A stretch of 64,000 nt of DNA from Candidatus Altiarchaeales archaeon (GCA_014727915.1 WJMO01000006.1:65376-129375); one strand, 5' to 3'. Positions 17,208 through 28,139 are shown, counted from the first letter of the stretch. Numbers and translations: made by a program. The notes: generated from the letters alone by a model not told the origin.

Positions 17208-18296
17208 ATGGATTCTCACAGTGAATACGTTTTGAGGAAGCTCTTGAACGAGTTGGAAGGGAAAGTTGGCAGACACACCGAGCTGATATCAGTGTATGTC
17301 CCGGCAGGCTATGACCTTAACAATGTGATGAGCCAGCTCGCCTCGGAGCAGGGGACCGCTACCAACATCAAGTCCAAGGCCACCCGGAAGAACGTGGTGG
17401 ACGCGTTGGAGAGGGCGATGCAGCACCTGCGGCTCTACAAGCAGACGCCGGCGAACGGGCTGGTGCTGTTCAGCGGGAACGTGAGCGAACGCGACGGCCA
17501 GCAGGACCTCCAGGTCTGGGCTTTCGAGCCGCCGGAGCCCATATCGACAAGGTTATACAGGTGCGATAAGAACTTCATATTGGATCCGTTGAAGGACATG
17601 ATCGCTCCGAAGGATGTCTACGGCCTCATCGCAGTGGACAACAAGGAGGCGACGATCGCCACTTTGAAGGGCAGCAGGTATGTGATACAGAAGAAGCTCA
17701 CCTCAGGCTACAGCGGCAAGCACCGGGCAGGGGGGCAGAGCGCCCGGAGATTCGAGCGGCTGATCAGCGAACAGTCACATAACTTCAAGAAGCGGATCGG
17801 GGAGATGGTCAACGAAGTATTCCTACCTATAATCAAGGATGTGAGGGGGTTGGTGATCGGGGGTCCGGCGGCGACCAAGGAGGATTTCGTGGACGGGGAC
17901 TACATCCACCACGAGCTGAAGAAGAAGATCATCGCCGTGAAGGACATAACCTACACGGACGAGTCGGGCATCAGGGAGCTGATCAACGCCTCCGAGGAGG
18001 ACTTGAGGGAGGTGGAGATGGTACGGCAGAAGTCGCTGATGCAACGTTTCATGAAGGAGCTAATAGAGGATGGCCTAGCATCCTACGGACCCGACCTGGA
18101 GGGGGCGTTGGACGCGAACGCAGTCGACACCCTGCTAATGTCGGACAAACTCGACGACAAGGAAGTTGACAGACTGTACGAGAAGGCCAAGCAGGCAGGG
18201 TCGAACATCGAGATAATGAACGACGAATTCGAAGAAGGCTTCCAACTGTGGAACACCTTCAAGGGCAAAGCAGCAATACTAAGATACAAGATATGA
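17208..18296 (+). CDS. prf1: peptide chain release factor aRF1
   Basis: NIKS motif (TATNIKSKATRKN) and GGQ motif (KHRAGGQSARRFERL). Confidence 0.9.
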   Translation: MDSHSEYVLRKLLNELEGKVGRHTELISVYVPAGYDLNNVMSQLASEQGTATNIKSKATRKNVVDALERAMQHLRLYKQTPANGLVLFSGNVSERDGQQDLQVWAFEPPEPISTRLYRCDKNFILDPLKDMIAPKDVYGLIAVDNKEATIATLKGSRYVIQKKLTSGYSGKHRAGGQSARRFERLISEQSHNFKKRIGEMVNEVFLPIIKDVRGLVIGGPAATKEDFVDGDYIHHELKKKIIAVKDITYTDESGIRELINASEEDLREVEMVRQKSLMQRFMKELIEDGLASYGPDLEGALDANAVDTLLMSDKLDDKEVDRLYEKAKQAGSNIEIMNDEFEEGFQLWNTFKGKAAILRYKI

Positions 18297-18423
18297 TCAT
18301 ATCCGGGTGTATGCTGCGAGCACAGCGAACAGCATGGGCGGTTTCTCGTCGGGAAACTCCGGCTTAGCCATACTAAGATGCAAAGTTCAGGGTTTTTCAG
18401 TGGGCTCGAGCCGAAGGCGGATC

Positions 18424-19815
18424 TTATTCCTGTATTGTCCCTGGTGGCAGTATGTCTTCTGCGACTGCCCGGAATACTCCGCCGAGCTTGGCGGCCCGCT
18501 CCAGTGATACTGCCACTCTGTTCTTCAGTTCGGGTGTCTGGTAGGCGGGTTCTATCCTGGCTCTGAGCTCCTCGCTCAGGGGCTGGTTCGTCTGGGCTGC
18601 CCGCTGCTCGGCCACGCGGCCCAAAGCGATTATGAGATGGGTTAGCCTGCTGGCGGGGTTGTCTGTCAGGCCATGTGATTCGACGACGGCGCGGAAGAGT
18701 GTGGGGTAGTCGTTGCCGCGTTCGGCTTCGGCAAGCCACCGGTTCGTGTCGGGTGGCAGGAACAGGGGAGCCGAAGCCCTGCCCGTCAGATAACATGAAG
18801 TGCTCATCTGGTCGACTGTCCTCTTCACGTCCTCGCCGTGCTGGGGGTCCGCTATCAATCCCCGCATGCCCTGCCTGTACAGGGATTCAGCTGACACCTT
18901 AGGCCTTCTCTGGCTGAAGTACTGGCATTCCCTCCTGACCACCTCCAATAGCGCGCGGGTGCCGCCGTGCGGTACCGCGGCTGCCAAGTGGTCCCTCAGA
19001 GGGGCTGTTATGAGTCTGGGCCTGCCCCCTTCCTGTTGGAACCTGAAGGTCCGGGCCAATTCCCCCTCCCCAAGCGGGATCTCGCTGTGCTGAAGCCTGT
19101 TCAGTGAATGCTGGGGGACTGCATACAATGTTGGAGGCAGCTCGTCCCTGCCGGGTTGAAGCTCCTCTACCGGCTGGAAGTCAATCTGAGTCTCTGCAGC
19201 TCCGCCTTGAGCCGGGCCTCCACCGGCTGCGCCAGATTGGGCTGCGCCTCCGCTGGCTTCGCCGGCCTGGGCTGGTGGTCCGGCGGCGGGTGCTTTCTGC
19301 CCTGTCATGCCGCCGGGCGGGTGTGGCTGCTCGTCCCGGACTAGTGTCGCGTGATTTTCATGGACCCGGGACGCCTGCCATATCATCTGCCTTAGTATGG
19401 GCTTGTCCCGTTCGGGTATGCCCATCCCATCTATTAGGGGCGGCATGTCCTGCATTGTCAAGCTGCCTTCCATGGCATGGCTGAACATCTCGCCCGGGTT
19501 TCCCCCTGCCTTTTTGGCCTGGGCGCAGCATGCCTTGAACACCAATGTCATTGCGGAGAGTACGTGGTAGGCGTCAGGTCTTATCCCGTCGTCGGCGCTT
19601 ATGCACTCCCGCATCAGCTGCCTTGTGGTATCGGGGCTTTCCGCCAGCCATCCCCTCACAGCCTCCACCTGGGCCGGTTCCTGACGCTCTCTCAGAGCAT
19701 CACAGGAGGGGTCCATGCCCGCGATCGACGGCATCATCGTCTGACCGATGTACTTCAACACGCCACTAACCTGCTGCTGAAGAACATCACCCTGCCGGCC
19801 GCCAACATACTTCAC
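18424..19815 (-). CDS. hypothetical protein with Gly/Ala/Pro-rich low-complexity linker
   Basis: 463 aa ORF; no recognisable motif. Confidence 0.45.
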   Translation of the reverse strand: MKYVGGRQGDVLQQQVSGVLKYIGQTMMPSIAGMDPSCDALRERQEPAQVEAVRGWLAESPDTTRQLMRECISADDGIRPDAYHVLSAMTLVFKACCAQAKKAGGNPGEMFSHAMEGSLTMQDMPPLIDGMGIPERDKPILRQMIWQASRVHENHATLVRDEQPHPPGGMTGQKAPAAGPPAQAGEASGGAAQSGAAGGGPAQGGAAETQIDFQPVEELQPGRDELPPTLYAVPQHSLNRLQHSEIPLGEGELARTFRFQQEGGRPRLITAPLRDHLAAAVPHGGTRALLEVVRRECQYFSQRRPKVSAESLYRQGMRGLIADPQHGEDVKRTVDQMSTSCYLTGRASAPLFLPPDTNRWLAEAERGNDYPTLFRAVVESHGLTDNPASRLTHLIIALGRVAEQRAAQTNQPLSEELRARIEPAYQTPELKNRVAVSLERAAKLGGVFRAVAEDILPPGTIQE

Positions 19816-19874
19816 TGTAATAAAAAATAGTACAAAACAAACTTAAATAATGTACAAAAGAAAGCAACGGTTTT

Positions 19875-20366
19875 TCATTGTTGTATGTCTACGGTGGTGT
19901 TGGTGAATAGCAGGGTGTCTTCGACTGATACTTCGGCTATGATGTTGTAGTTGCCTTCTCTTATGCCGTAGCAGGTGTTGCATGGGGGGGTCTGGTATTT
20001 GAGGGCGAGGTTGTTGGTTCCTTTTTCGAGTGTTCGGTTGACTCTGAGCCGCAGGTGCTCCTGGTTCCTTGATTTTATGCCATGAACCCATATCTGGGCT
20101 TCGACCTCCCGGTTCGCGTCTATGGTCAGGTTCAGCCACATGGTCTCCCTGCTCCGGTAGAGGCTGCGGTCGGTTTTCAGAGACATCTGGGATAGGCTCA
20201 GCCGGGTTTTGGTTTTCGCCGGGCATTCTGGGAAGTTGCAGTCTGGGAGGGTGCGGTTCAGGGTGGTCCCGTCCGGGCAGGTCAGGGCGTCCTTGGGGCA
20301 GTTGAAAGGCTGTTCGGACAGGCACCCGCACAGCAGTAGGACTATCGCCAACGACATTAGCCGCAT
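19875..20366 (-). CDS. secreted lipoprotein (lipobox LLCGC), Cys-containing
   Basis: Signal peptide MRLMSLAIVLLLCGC. Confidence 0.5.
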   Translation of the reverse strand: MRLMSLAIVLLLCGCLSEQPFNCPKDALTCPDGTTLNRTLPDCNFPECPAKTKTRLSLSQMSLKTDRSLYRSRETMWLNLTIDANREVEAQIWVHGIKSRNQEHLRLRVNRTLEKGTNNLALKYQTPPCNTCYGIREGNYNIIAEVSVEDTLLFTNTTVDIQQ

Positions 20367-20369
20367 CTT

Positions 20370-20699
20370 CTACTCCTCATTCCTTGCTGCTCTCCTGGCT
20401 TCGCCGACCTTTGCCTCGCAGGCGTCCCTCTGTGACATCCGGTCGTGCTGCCTGCAGGGGAAGTAGTCAAGCACTGCGATGGATACCTCGTCTATGCATT
20501 GGGCCCTGCGGTCCGCGTCCATTATGTCCCTGCACCCCACCGCGTTAAGGTCGTATACGCTCTTGTTGTACAGGCAGTCCTCATAGGCTGCCCTGTCTGT
20601 TATGGTCTCGCAGTCTATCTGCCCCGGCTGGTCGTAGTAGTCGCATCCTGAGATCGAGAGTACCACTGCGACCGCGGCCAGCAGGTATAGGACCCTCAT
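20370..20699 (-). CDS. small secreted Cys-rich lipoprotein (lipobox SISGC)
   Basis: Signal peptide MRVLYLLAAVAVVLSISGC; co-oriented 3 nt upstream of previous lipoprotein. Confidence 0.5.
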   Translation of the reverse strand: MRVLYLLAAVAVVLSISGCDYYDQPGQIDCETITDRAAYEDCLYNKSVYDLNAVGCRDIMDADRRAQCIDEVSIAVLDYFPCRQHDRMSQRDACEAKVGEARRAARNEE

Positions 20700-20898
20700 G
20701 GTAAGGTTTATGTAGTACAGGGATATAAGAGAGGGGAGGAAAAGCCCCGGTTGTTCAGGTCTGTTCAGGTGTAACCTTATAGTGTGTTCATGTCTTATGT
20801 TGGTTTGAGGTGAAACATATGGTTTCGGACAGGATGTATTTCACGCTGCTGGGTTTGGCGATGACTGCGGCTTTCGCCGTGGCTTTGATACGGACGGT

Positions 20899-21585
20899 CT
20901 AGCCTATCATGCGCTTGTACCATACGAACCAGGGCGTGTCCAGCAATCCGATTACGTTCTTGGTCACGATCTGCCCTATTATCAGCGGCATCAAGGGCGT
21001 TCCCGTTCCTGCGAATGCGAGGGGTACGAATATGAGGCTGTCAAGGGTGAGGTCTGCGAAGTCGCTTCCTATGCTCCTTAACACGACCTGTCGGGGCATC
21101 TTCTCCTTAAGCTTGGTGAACACCCAGGCGTCGATGTTCTGGTTTATGAGGAATGATATCCACGAGGCTATGGTTATGCGTATGCTTAGGCCGAATATGC
21201 CCTGCCAGACGCTCTCGTGCTCGAAGAACGGGGCTGGGGGTAGGGTGTTGGTCATGTAGAAGAACAGTACCAGCAGGACCTGGGTGGTGAAGGCGATGCC
21301 TATGGCCAACTGGGTCTTCTTCATCCCGTAGACTTCGTTTATCATGTCTATGGCCTGGGCGATGAACGGGTAGATGAAGACCGCGGCGGGGGCGAAGAAG
21401 CTGATGAACCCCAGGTCGAAGTCTATTATCCTGACGGCGATTATCTGGGACGCGCCCAGGTAGATCACATAGAATGCGGTCAAGGCTGCGAACCCGTGTT
21501 CCCTGTGCCTCCTGACGATGTAGGCGCTCGCGTACGTCACAATAGTCAGTGAGATTATCCAGTAGATCCAAATGGTTGTTATCAT
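20899..21585 (-). CDS. YhhQ/DUF165 (VUT) family transporter (queuosine-precursor transporter family)
   Basis: 228 aa, ~6 TM, family-typical N-terminus and QNIDAWVF/ VLRSIGSDFADLTLDSLIF segments. Confidence 0.6.
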   Translation of the reverse strand: MITTIWIYWIISLTIVTYASAYIVRRHREHGFAALTAFYVIYLGASQIIAVRIIDFDLGFISFFAPAAVFIYPFIAQAIDMINEVYGMKKTQLAIGIAFTTQVLLVLFFYMTNTLPPAPFFEHESVWQGIFGLSIRITIASWISFLINQNIDAWVFTKLKEKMPRQVVLRSIGSDFADLTLDSLIFVPLAFAGTGTPLMPLIIGQIVTKNVIGLLDTPWFVWYKRMIG

Positions 21586-21785
21586 TCTATCCTCCCGTGG
21601 CGGCGGTCCACCTCGTCCATCTGGTCCAGCATCTTACGGCAGGCCGTCCTCACCGCATCCGACAGGTTCACGAACTTCTTGTCGTCTCCTATGTGCTCCT
21701 GCAGGTCATCCAGGATGTGCTGCGGAACCTCCACACAAACACGAGGCATAATACCACAATATGAACAGAGTAATACTGCATTCAT
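21582..21785 (-). CDS. small hypothetical protein (67 aa), possible DNA-binding regulator
   Basis: ORF overlapping downstream gene start by 4 nt. Confidence 0.3.
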   Translation of the reverse strand: MNAVLLCSYCGIMPRVCVEVPQHILDDLQEHIGDDKKFVNLSDAVRTACRKMLDQMDEVDRRHGRIE

Positions 21786-21801
21786 ATATAAAAATGGGTC
21801 G

Positions 21802-23175
21802 TCACATCCAGGCCTTTATGAGGTCCATGGTTGCCCGGGGGTTCTGGGCTAGGAGTTCGTATCTTCTGCCCTGTTTTTTACTTCGGAATCTTGTTTCCAT
21901 CTGGCCCATCTCGGAGAGCATCCGCCCCACCAGCGCTTCGTCATCATCGCATCCGGGGATTTGGCCGGGGTATAATACGGCAGCCGTCACCATATCACCC
22001 CGGTAGTTCAGGGCTTCGGTTATTTTCTGTTCTATGATTTCCATCCTAGCTTCTCCCTGTGACTCCGCTGTAGGGACAAAACTGGGGTCTGCACCTGATA
22101 GAAAGCCGGAGATCGCCCAGAAAAGTCTAATGTCCTCGTCTGTGGGGGTCAGGTCCGTCGACTTCTTCGATTCCTCTTGGATTTTTGGGATTTGATCTCG
22201 ATCAACACGGGATGAGAACTGGCATCTCACATGGAGGAAGTCCCTGATCATATCGGGATGTAGGCCATGGCGGACCATCGTCTCCTGGGTTTGTATCCAC
22301 GCGTTCTTACCCCACATCAGGAGATAGTCTGGTTCGGCCCGGAGCTGGGAAACAAAGAACCTAAAACTTGGAGGGTCATATCCCCGCATCCTTTGAACTT
22401 GAAGATATTCATCGAGCAATTCAGGGACTTTCTTCCGGTCCTCATCGGATATGGGAAACCTGTTGTGCCCATATTGTCCGTCTATCAGAAGGCCTAAGGC
22501 GTTTATGCCACCCCTGAAACATTCAGGGTCTGCCTCCATACGCTCGTTATATCCCATTATAGGTGGTCGAAATACGTCGATTGCGTGGACCATATGGTCT
22601 GGCATATCCTGCAACACATTATCCTTGGGTATTATGCTTTTCAGGTATCTACCAGCGGGAGCCTGAAATCTTTCGAGTAGCCTGTGCGTGAAAGGAGGGC
22701 TCACAATAGAATCTCCATGGCATTCTATGAGATCAAGATCCATTTCAAAAGAGTAAAGAGCATCACCAGCGTGTCTTAGGTCCAGATCATGGAAATACGA
22801 GTCAATCTCCTCCTGGGTCCTGGCATCGTAAAAGAGGAGATCCTCACAGTCGCCCCCACGGTTCTGGATCTTATGTCTTGCCAGCTGATCCAGCTGGGCC
22901 AGCTCCTGGCCGCCGAGTGGGGTTTGAACGAACTCGAAAGCGACCTTTCTCGTGCCATCACCTATCTGCATCAGACCCATCGGCGAACCGCCGTCGGAGA
23001 CGGAGGAACGGGCGGCATCCAATTCCAATGGTTCGAGAACCCCGGTGACCTTCAAGTGCTGACCCCAGTCATTTACGTAAACCCCCTTTTCAGGGTCGTA
23101 CCTGTAATGCGTTACACTTGTGCCCCGTCTATCGCGGCTGACGTACATGACAGGCTCATGGGACTTGGAAGGCAT
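21802..23175 (-). CDS. hypothetical protein (457 aa)
   Basis: Long ORF, no recognisable motif. Confidence 0.45.
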   Translation of the reverse strand: MPSKSHEPVMYVSRDRRGTSVTHYRYDPEKGVYVNDWGQHLKVTGVLEPLELDAARSSVSDGGSPMGLMQIGDGTRKVAFEFVQTPLGGQELAQLDQLARHKIQNRGGDCEDLLFYDARTQEEIDSYFHDLDLRHAGDALYSFEMDLDLIECHGDSIVSPPFTHRLLERFQAPAGRYLKSIIPKDNVLQDMPDHMVHAIDVFRPPIMGYNERMEADPECFRGGINALGLLIDGQYGHNRFPISDEDRKKVPELLDEYLQVQRMRGYDPPSFRFFVSQLRAEPDYLLMWGKNAWIQTQETMVRHGLHPDMIRDFLHVRCQFSSRVDRDQIPKIQEESKKSTDLTPTDEDIRLFWAISGFLSGADPSFVPTAESQGEARMEIIEQKITEALNYRGDMVTAAVLYPGQIPGCDDDEALVGRMLSEMGQMETRFRSKKQGRRYELLAQNPRATMDLIKAWM

Positions 23176-23209
23176 TATGATAATACTCCGAAGGGCTAGA
23201 ATAAAAGGT

Positions 23210-23683
23210 TCAGGCGAATTTGCTGTCGTCGCAGGTGTAGGAGCCGATTGGCTTGCCGGCGGTGGATACTAGTCCGTAGTAGGCTGCGGATTGGGTCCAG
23301 CAGCTGCTTATCTGCACCCGAACCTTCCCTATGCACGCATAACGTAGGGGGTTCCATTTCCCGTATTCCTCGCATTTGCTCATGAGGCGGTCGAGCTCGG
23401 CGTCGCAGCTCTCGTCCATCAGGCGCTTGAACTCCCGGTCGCAGTATGCTTGGGTGTTGAAGGTCTTCTGGCATTCGGCGTAGCATTTGTCGTGATAGTA
23501 GCAGGCGTAGTTGAAGCTCGCATCCGACAATAGGTTCTTGTTGGGTCCGCTCAATTTCCCCTCCGGACCGCAGTAGTTCTTCTTCTCATCATAGGGTGGG
23601 AACTCAACCTCCTCCAAGCAGCCTGACAGCAGGACAGCCAATGCGATGAATAGCCTCAACCTCATGTTCCAAGATAATAGCAC
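23210..23683 (-). CDS. secreted Cys-rich lipoprotein with CYYHDKCY motif (phospholipase A2-like His-Asp signature)
   Basis: Lipobox LLSGC; motif ACYYHDKCYAEC; 12 Cys in the 142-aa mature protein. Confidence 0.45.
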   Translation of the reverse strand: MLLSWNMRLRLFIALAVLLSGCLEEVEFPPYDEKKNYCGPEGKLSGPNKNLLSDASFNYACYYHDKCYAECQKTFNTQAYCDREFKRLMDESCDAELDRLMSKCEEYGKWNPLRYACIGKVRVQISSCWTQSAAYYGLVSTAGKPIGSYTCDDSKFA

Positions 23684-23704
23684 AGATTAGAAGAAAAATG
23701 AGGA

Positions 23705-24412
23705 TCACTTCGCGGGTTTTCTTAGCCTGGCGTTCACGTAGGTCCCATACCTTCCAAACAGTTTGCTGAACACTTCCTGTAGTGGGTTGGGGAGGAAGTA
23801 GAATCCGTACCCGTCCAACTGGTCGACTTTGAACCCATACCTTTCAGAAAGGTCATGTATGGATGGTAGGTTGAATGCCTTCTGGTGGCCTGGCTCCAAC
23901 ACCTCCACGCCCTTCAGGAAGTTGCCGACCTGGACGTCTGTGAAGTGTATGATGGGCGGCTGCTGGCCGAGGAGTATGAAGGGTATGCTATGCAACGAGG
24001 AGAGGTTGGGCGTTGAGAGGACCATCACCCCTCCCGGCTTAAGAACCCGACATGTTTCCCTGAAGAAGTTGGGGGTGTTCCACAGGTGCTCGATTATCTG
24101 ATAGGCTGAAATTACGTCAACACTATTGTCTTCCAAGGGCAGTTCAGTGTTAAGGTCGTGTTTGACCAGCTCATATTCGAGAGTGCAACCTTCATATTCT
24201 TCAGGCTCTGAGAGGTCCACTACCCTGACCTTCACGGCGCCGAGCTTCTCCGCCACGTCGGAGGTGAACCGGAGATCGCCGCAGCCAAGATCCATGAACA
24301 CTGGATTTTCAGGGCAGTCATCGAAGAACGACAGTATCCTGCGCTGGTTAAGGTGGAAGACCCTGTTGCTCTCACGCCAGAACATTCCACCACCCCATTT
24401 CCTAGCAACCAT
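23705..24412 (-). CDS. class I SAM-dependent methyltransferase
   Basis: Motif I VFMDLGCGDLRF, post-I acidic VVDLSEPE, motif LKPGGVMVLSTPN. Confidence 0.7.
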   Translation of the reverse strand: MVARKWGGGMFWRESNRVFHLNQRRILSFFDDCPENPVFMDLGCGDLRFTSDVAEKLGAVKVRVVDLSEPEEYEGCTLEYELVKHDLNTELPLEDNSVDVISAYQIIEHLWNTPNFFRETCRVLKPGGVMVLSTPNLSSLHSIPFILLGQQPPIIHFTDVQVGNFLKGVEVLEPGHQKAFNLPSIHDLSERYGFKVDQLDGYGFYFLPNPLQEVFSKLFGRYGTYVNARLRKPAK

Positions 24413-24460
24413 AGGTTAATAGAATGATATTAAAGAAAGAAAAGGAGGGAGATTGGATGT

Positions 24461-24991
24461 CTATTTGACTGCCATCCATATCTCGCAGATCGACTCGTCG
24501 CTGTCTTCTTTGAAGCGATCGTCGTACATTTCAATGCATGGTTTGCTGTAGTCCAGCTCAAGGCCTTCGGCAGGCATCCACTCCTTCATTATCTTATCGT
24601 AGGTGTCCTTCAACCCTTCCATCCTCCCTTCATGGGTGAACTTGGCGACCTTCATGGCTGGAATCGCCTCACCTACCATACCATCAGGCACGTCCTCTAC
24701 TTGACTGACTTCAAAGCATGCCATCGCATAACACGATTGGTCGTCGATGGTCGTGTGCACTCCATATGCTGGTCCGTCGACCTTGTTCTTTATGGAGTGC
24801 TCGTTCATCATCAGCTTCTTCCACAACGGGGGAATGTCCTCCATCGTCGTAGCATAGTTGCACCTGCCCTTAACGCCAACAACCGTCATCTCCCCAATAT
24901 CTTCAACCACTGGTTTCATTGCAGGAATGACATGGAATTCATCAGTATTTAAAGGTCCGGAGTGACCAGTAGAAAAATGCGGCTTAACCAT
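24461..24991 (-). CDS. GyrI-like small-molecule-binding domain protein
   Basis: 176 aa, pattern resembling AraC-effector/GyrI-like domains. Confidence 0.5.
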   Translation of the reverse strand: MVKPHFSTGHSGPLNTDEFHVIPAMKPVVEDIGEMTVVGVKGRCNYATTMEDIPPLWKKLMMNEHSIKNKVDGPAYGVHTTIDDQSCYAMACFEVSQVEDVPDGMVGEAIPAMKVAKFTHEGRMEGLKDTYDKIMKEWMPAEGLELDYSKPCIEMYDDRFKEDSDESICEIWMAVK

Positions 24992-25046
24992 CCCAAGTGT
25001 ATGCCGGGCAGAACAATATCCTAGGATATTCTGCGAAAAGAGATGA

Positions 25047-25391
25047 TCAATCCAGTTTCCCGTAGGCTCCCTTCCACTCGCCTGACTTTTTGAAGAAGCT
25101 TCCGTATCCGTTCTCGCGTATGTACTCTATCGCCTCCCGGTACTTCCCGTACTTGTAACCGGATTTCCCATGGAAGCCCTTTATCTTTTCACACTTCAGG
25201 TAGTCGTTGCAGTCCGCGCAGGTCTCGAGCTTTCTCTCCCCATAGCAGCAGACCTTCATGGTGCATTTGGATTTTCTGATGTCCCGTTCGCCGGTTGCAT
25301 AGCCTGTCTTGCATCCTTTGCATTTCCCTCCAATGTATTCCCGGCAGGTCCGGCAGTAGGCCCCACAACAACCTAGCTCGATCTTTGTCAT
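25047..25391 (-). CDS. Cys-rich metal-binding protein (DUF3795-like)
   Basis: Start taken at internal Met (MTKIELGCCGAYCRTC) to avoid overlap with upstream gene; multiple CxxC pairs. Confidence 0.45.
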   Translation of the reverse strand: MTKIELGCCGAYCRTCREYIGGKCKGCKTGYATGERDIRKSKCTMKVCCYGERKLETCADCNDYLKCEKIKGFHGKSGYKYGKYREAIEYIRENGYGSFFKKSGEWKGAYGKLD

Positions 25392-25393
25392 CT

Positions 25394-26083
25394 CTAAACG
25401 CAGAGCCCGAAGAACCTTTTCCGGTGGCAGTTGCCGCTGCAACATTCGCTTGAGCTCTTGCACTGCTCGCCGAGGGGTATGCAGCACTCGCCGTTCACGC
25501 ACATCTCACCAACGCCGCAGACGTGCTCGTGGCGCAGGACTATCTCTCCGTTGCAGCTGTATTCGATGAGAGAGGTGTTAGTGCGGCAGTAGTCGCTGAC
25601 TGACAGGTTATAGTGGGGCGGGATCCGGTTCTTGCCGATGGTCACGCCGGGGTCGTCGTAGTTCTCGCCGCCATCGCTGTCCCAGCAGACCGGCAAAGTC
25701 GTGGAAGTCGGAGCCACATAGACTGTGGTCGTGGTAGTTGAGGAGGTCACGGTAGTCGAAGAAGTGGTGGTGGACGTGGTCGACGTCGAGGACGTGGATG
25801 TCGTGGTGGTGGGTTCCGCGATCGTGTAGGGAACGGCATCATCTTCCAGCTCATCGCATACCTTGTTGCCGTTGCTGTCCAAGCAGCAGGAGCCCCCGTA
25901 CTCGATGTAGGGCAGGTCGCACTCTACCCTCTGGTATATGTCGGACTCGTAGTGGTCGCATATGTCATTGGCGTTGCCGTCCAAGCAGCATTCGCCGCCC
26001 ACAATCCTCTTAGGCTCCCTGCAGGCCCCGAACGTGCACCCAGAGAACAACAGAACAAGAGCCGTTAGCAGGAGCAGTCTCAT
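25394..26083 (-). CDS. secreted lipoprotein with Cys-rich modules flanking a Thr/Ser-rich linker
   Basis: Lipobox LLFSGC; TTTSTSSTSTTSTTTSSTTVTSSTTTTT linker. Confidence 0.55.
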   Translation of the reverse strand: MRLLLLTALVLLFSGCTFGACREPKRIVGGECCLDGNANDICDHYESDIYQRVECDLPYIEYGGSCCLDSNGNKVCDELEDDAVPYTIAEPTTTTSTSSTSTTSTTTSSTTVTSSTTTTTVYVAPTSTTLPVCWDSDGGENYDDPGVTIGKNRIPPHYNLSVSDYCRTNTSLIEYSCNGEIVLRHEHVCGVGEMCVNGECCIPLGEQCKSSSECCSGNCHRKRFFGLCV

Positions 26084-26120
26084 GTGAAGAATTAAGAAAG
26101 AAAGGATATTAACCCCCCAT

Positions 26121-28088
26121 TTAAAAGAGGGGGGCGAAAACCAATGCCACTATGGACACCAGCTTTATCAGGATGTTCAGGCTGGGGCCGGCGGTGTCCT
26201 TGAACGGGTCTCCGACCGTGTCGCCCACGACCGCGGCCTTATGGGCGTCGCTGCCCTTACCCCCAAGGTTGCCGGACTCGATGTACTTCTTGGCGTTATC
26301 CCATGAGCCGCCGCTGTTGGCCATCGTGACAGCCAGCAGGAAGCCCGTCACAACGGTGCCTGCCAGCAGTCCGCCCAACGCCTCGGAGCCGAGAGCCAAC
26401 CCGACCACCAGGGGGGTCAACACCGCGAGCACGCTGGGCTTTACCATAGCCTTCAAAGCGGCTGTTGTGCTTATGTCAACACAACGGTTGTAGTCAGCCT
26501 TGGCCTTGCCCTCCATCAGCCCTGGAATTTCCTTGAACTGGCGCCTTACCTCCTCGACCATCTGCTCCGCGGCCTTTCCAACAGCGTCCATGGCGTAGGA
26601 GCTGAAGAGGAACGGGAGAAGACCGCCTATGAACAATCCGACTGTCACCGTAGGCTTCATCACGTCGATGGATGATAGTTCGGCGGCTTGGGTGTAGGCG
26701 ACGAACAACGCCAGCGCAGTCAACGCCGCGCTACCGATGGCGAAGCCCTTGCCTATCGCGGCTGTCGTGTTCCCGACCGCGTCCAGCTGCTCGCACCGCT
26801 CCCTCACCTGTCCGCCCATTGAGGCCATCTCCGCGATGCCGGCCGCGTTGTCCGCGACCGGGCCGTATGTGTCGGAAGCCAATGTGATCCCCAGTGTGGA
26901 CAGCATGCCCACGGCCGCTATGGCGATGCCGTATATGCCAGCGACCTGGTATGATATGATGATGGCGGCGCAGACGACGAGCACGGGTATGAGGGTGCTG
27001 AACATGCCGAGGCCAAGGCCTGCTATCACGTTCGTCCCCGCCCCGGTCTCAGCGGCCTTGGAGACCTCCCTTGTGGGGCCGTACTCTGCTGAAGTGTAAT
27101 ACTCTGTTATCTTGCCTATGACCACGCCTGACACCAGTCCGGCGAGTACTGCATAGTATATGTTGCTGTGCTCCGGGCCCAGCACGTAGATTACGACGAA
27201 GTACATCACGACAGCAGCCAGTATTGCGGCTATCCATATGCCACGGTCCAATGCCTTCTCGGGCTTGTCCCCTCCGACAAAGAAGCTGCCGACTATAGAC
27301 ATGACTATGCCTGTCGCAGCGACCGCCAATGGCAGCAGCACATGGCCGTTGCCTGTGGCCGTTATCGCAACGCCCAATGCCATGGTGGCGATGATGCTGT
27401 CAACGTATGATTCAAAGAGGTCGGCGCCCATTCCCGCGACGTCGCCGACGTTGTCGCCGACGTTGTCCGCTATCGTTGCGGGGTTGCGGGGGTCGTCCTC
27501 TGGTATGCCTGCCTCGACCTTCCCGACGAGGTCCGCGCCCACATCAGCGCCCTTGGTGTATATGCCCCCGCCGACCCTGGCGAACAATGCGATGCTGGAG
27601 GCTCCGAAACCGAATCCGTAGATTATCTCCGGGTCCCCGAAGTACAGGTACAATGCGCTAACGCCCAGCACGCCCAGTCCGACGACGCACAAGCCCATTA
27701 TCAGTCCGCTGCTGAACGCGGTCTTCAAACCCTTCTGCAGCGTCTCACTGGATGCCTGGGCCGTCCGGACGTTGGCTGCGGTGGCGACACGCATGCCGAT
27801 GTTGCCGGCCGCCGCCGAGAATATGGCCCCCACCACAAAGGTGACAGCCGTGTTCACGTTCAGGAACGCTGCCAGCACCGCGGCCACCACGACCACGAAC
27901 AGTATGAGCGTCTTGTACTCCCTGTTCAAGAAGGCCATCGAACCCTGGTGTATGGCTTCAGCTATCTCTTTCATCCTCTCCGAGCCCTCGGGCTGGGAGA
28001 AGACATTCTTCATCTTAAGCCCGGCCAAGAGCAGGGCCAACAAACTCGCCGCAATAGCGTAGAATATTATCATCTTCAAAGCACCCAA
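26121..28088 (-). CDS. hppA: membrane-bound proton/sodium-translocating pyrophosphatase (V-PPase)
   Basis: 655 aa, ~16 TM; conserved [19 protein letters not shown] and [17 protein letters not shown] motifs. Confidence 0.9.
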   Translation of the reverse strand: MGALKMIIFYAIAASLLALLLAGLKMKNVFSQPEGSERMKEIAEAIHQGSMAFLNREYKTLILFVVVVAAVLAAFLNVNTAVTFVVGAIFSAAAGNIGMRVATAANVRTAQASSETLQKGLKTAFSSGLIMGLCVVGLGVLGVSALYLYFGDPEIIYGFGFGASSIALFARVGGGIYTKGADVGADLVGKVEAGIPEDDPRNPATIADNVGDNVGDVAGMGADLFESYVDSIIATMALGVAITATGNGHVLLPLAVAATGIVMSIVGSFFVGGDKPEKALDRGIWIAAILAAVVMYFVVIYVLGPEHSNIYYAVLAGLVSGVVIGKITEYYTSAEYGPTREVSKAAETGAGTNVIAGLGLGMFSTLIPVLVVCAAIIISYQVAGIYGIAIAAVGMLSTLGITLASDTYGPVADNAAGIAEMASMGGQVRERCEQLDAVGNTTAAIGKGFAIGSAALTALALFVAYTQAAELSSIDVMKPTVTVGLFIGGLLPFLFSSYAMDAVGKAAEQMVEEVRRQFKEIPGLMEGKAKADYNRCVDISTTAALKAMVKPSVLAVLTPLVVGLALGSEALGGLLAGTVVTGFLLAVTMANSGGSWDNAKKYIESGNLGGKGSDAHKAAVVGDTVGDPFKDTAGPSLNILIKLVSIVALVFAPLF

Positions 28089-28139
28089 AAAAAAGATTAC
28101 GTAACTTTACTAGTACCTGTTAATAAATAAAGGCATCTT

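Noticed and set aside
18307-19830. Plus-strand ORFs 18307..18507, 18378..18566, 18800..19093, 19104..19484, 19477..19830 and others
   Set aside because: They are antisense to the long 463-aa minus ORF and to the aRF1 gene end. Their composition is junk-like.
25170-25376. Short ORFs on both strands within 25047..25502
   Set aside because: They overlap the Cys-rich DUF3795-like gene. I preferred the frame with regular CxxC spacing and trimmed its start to the internal Met to remove overlap with the upstream gene.
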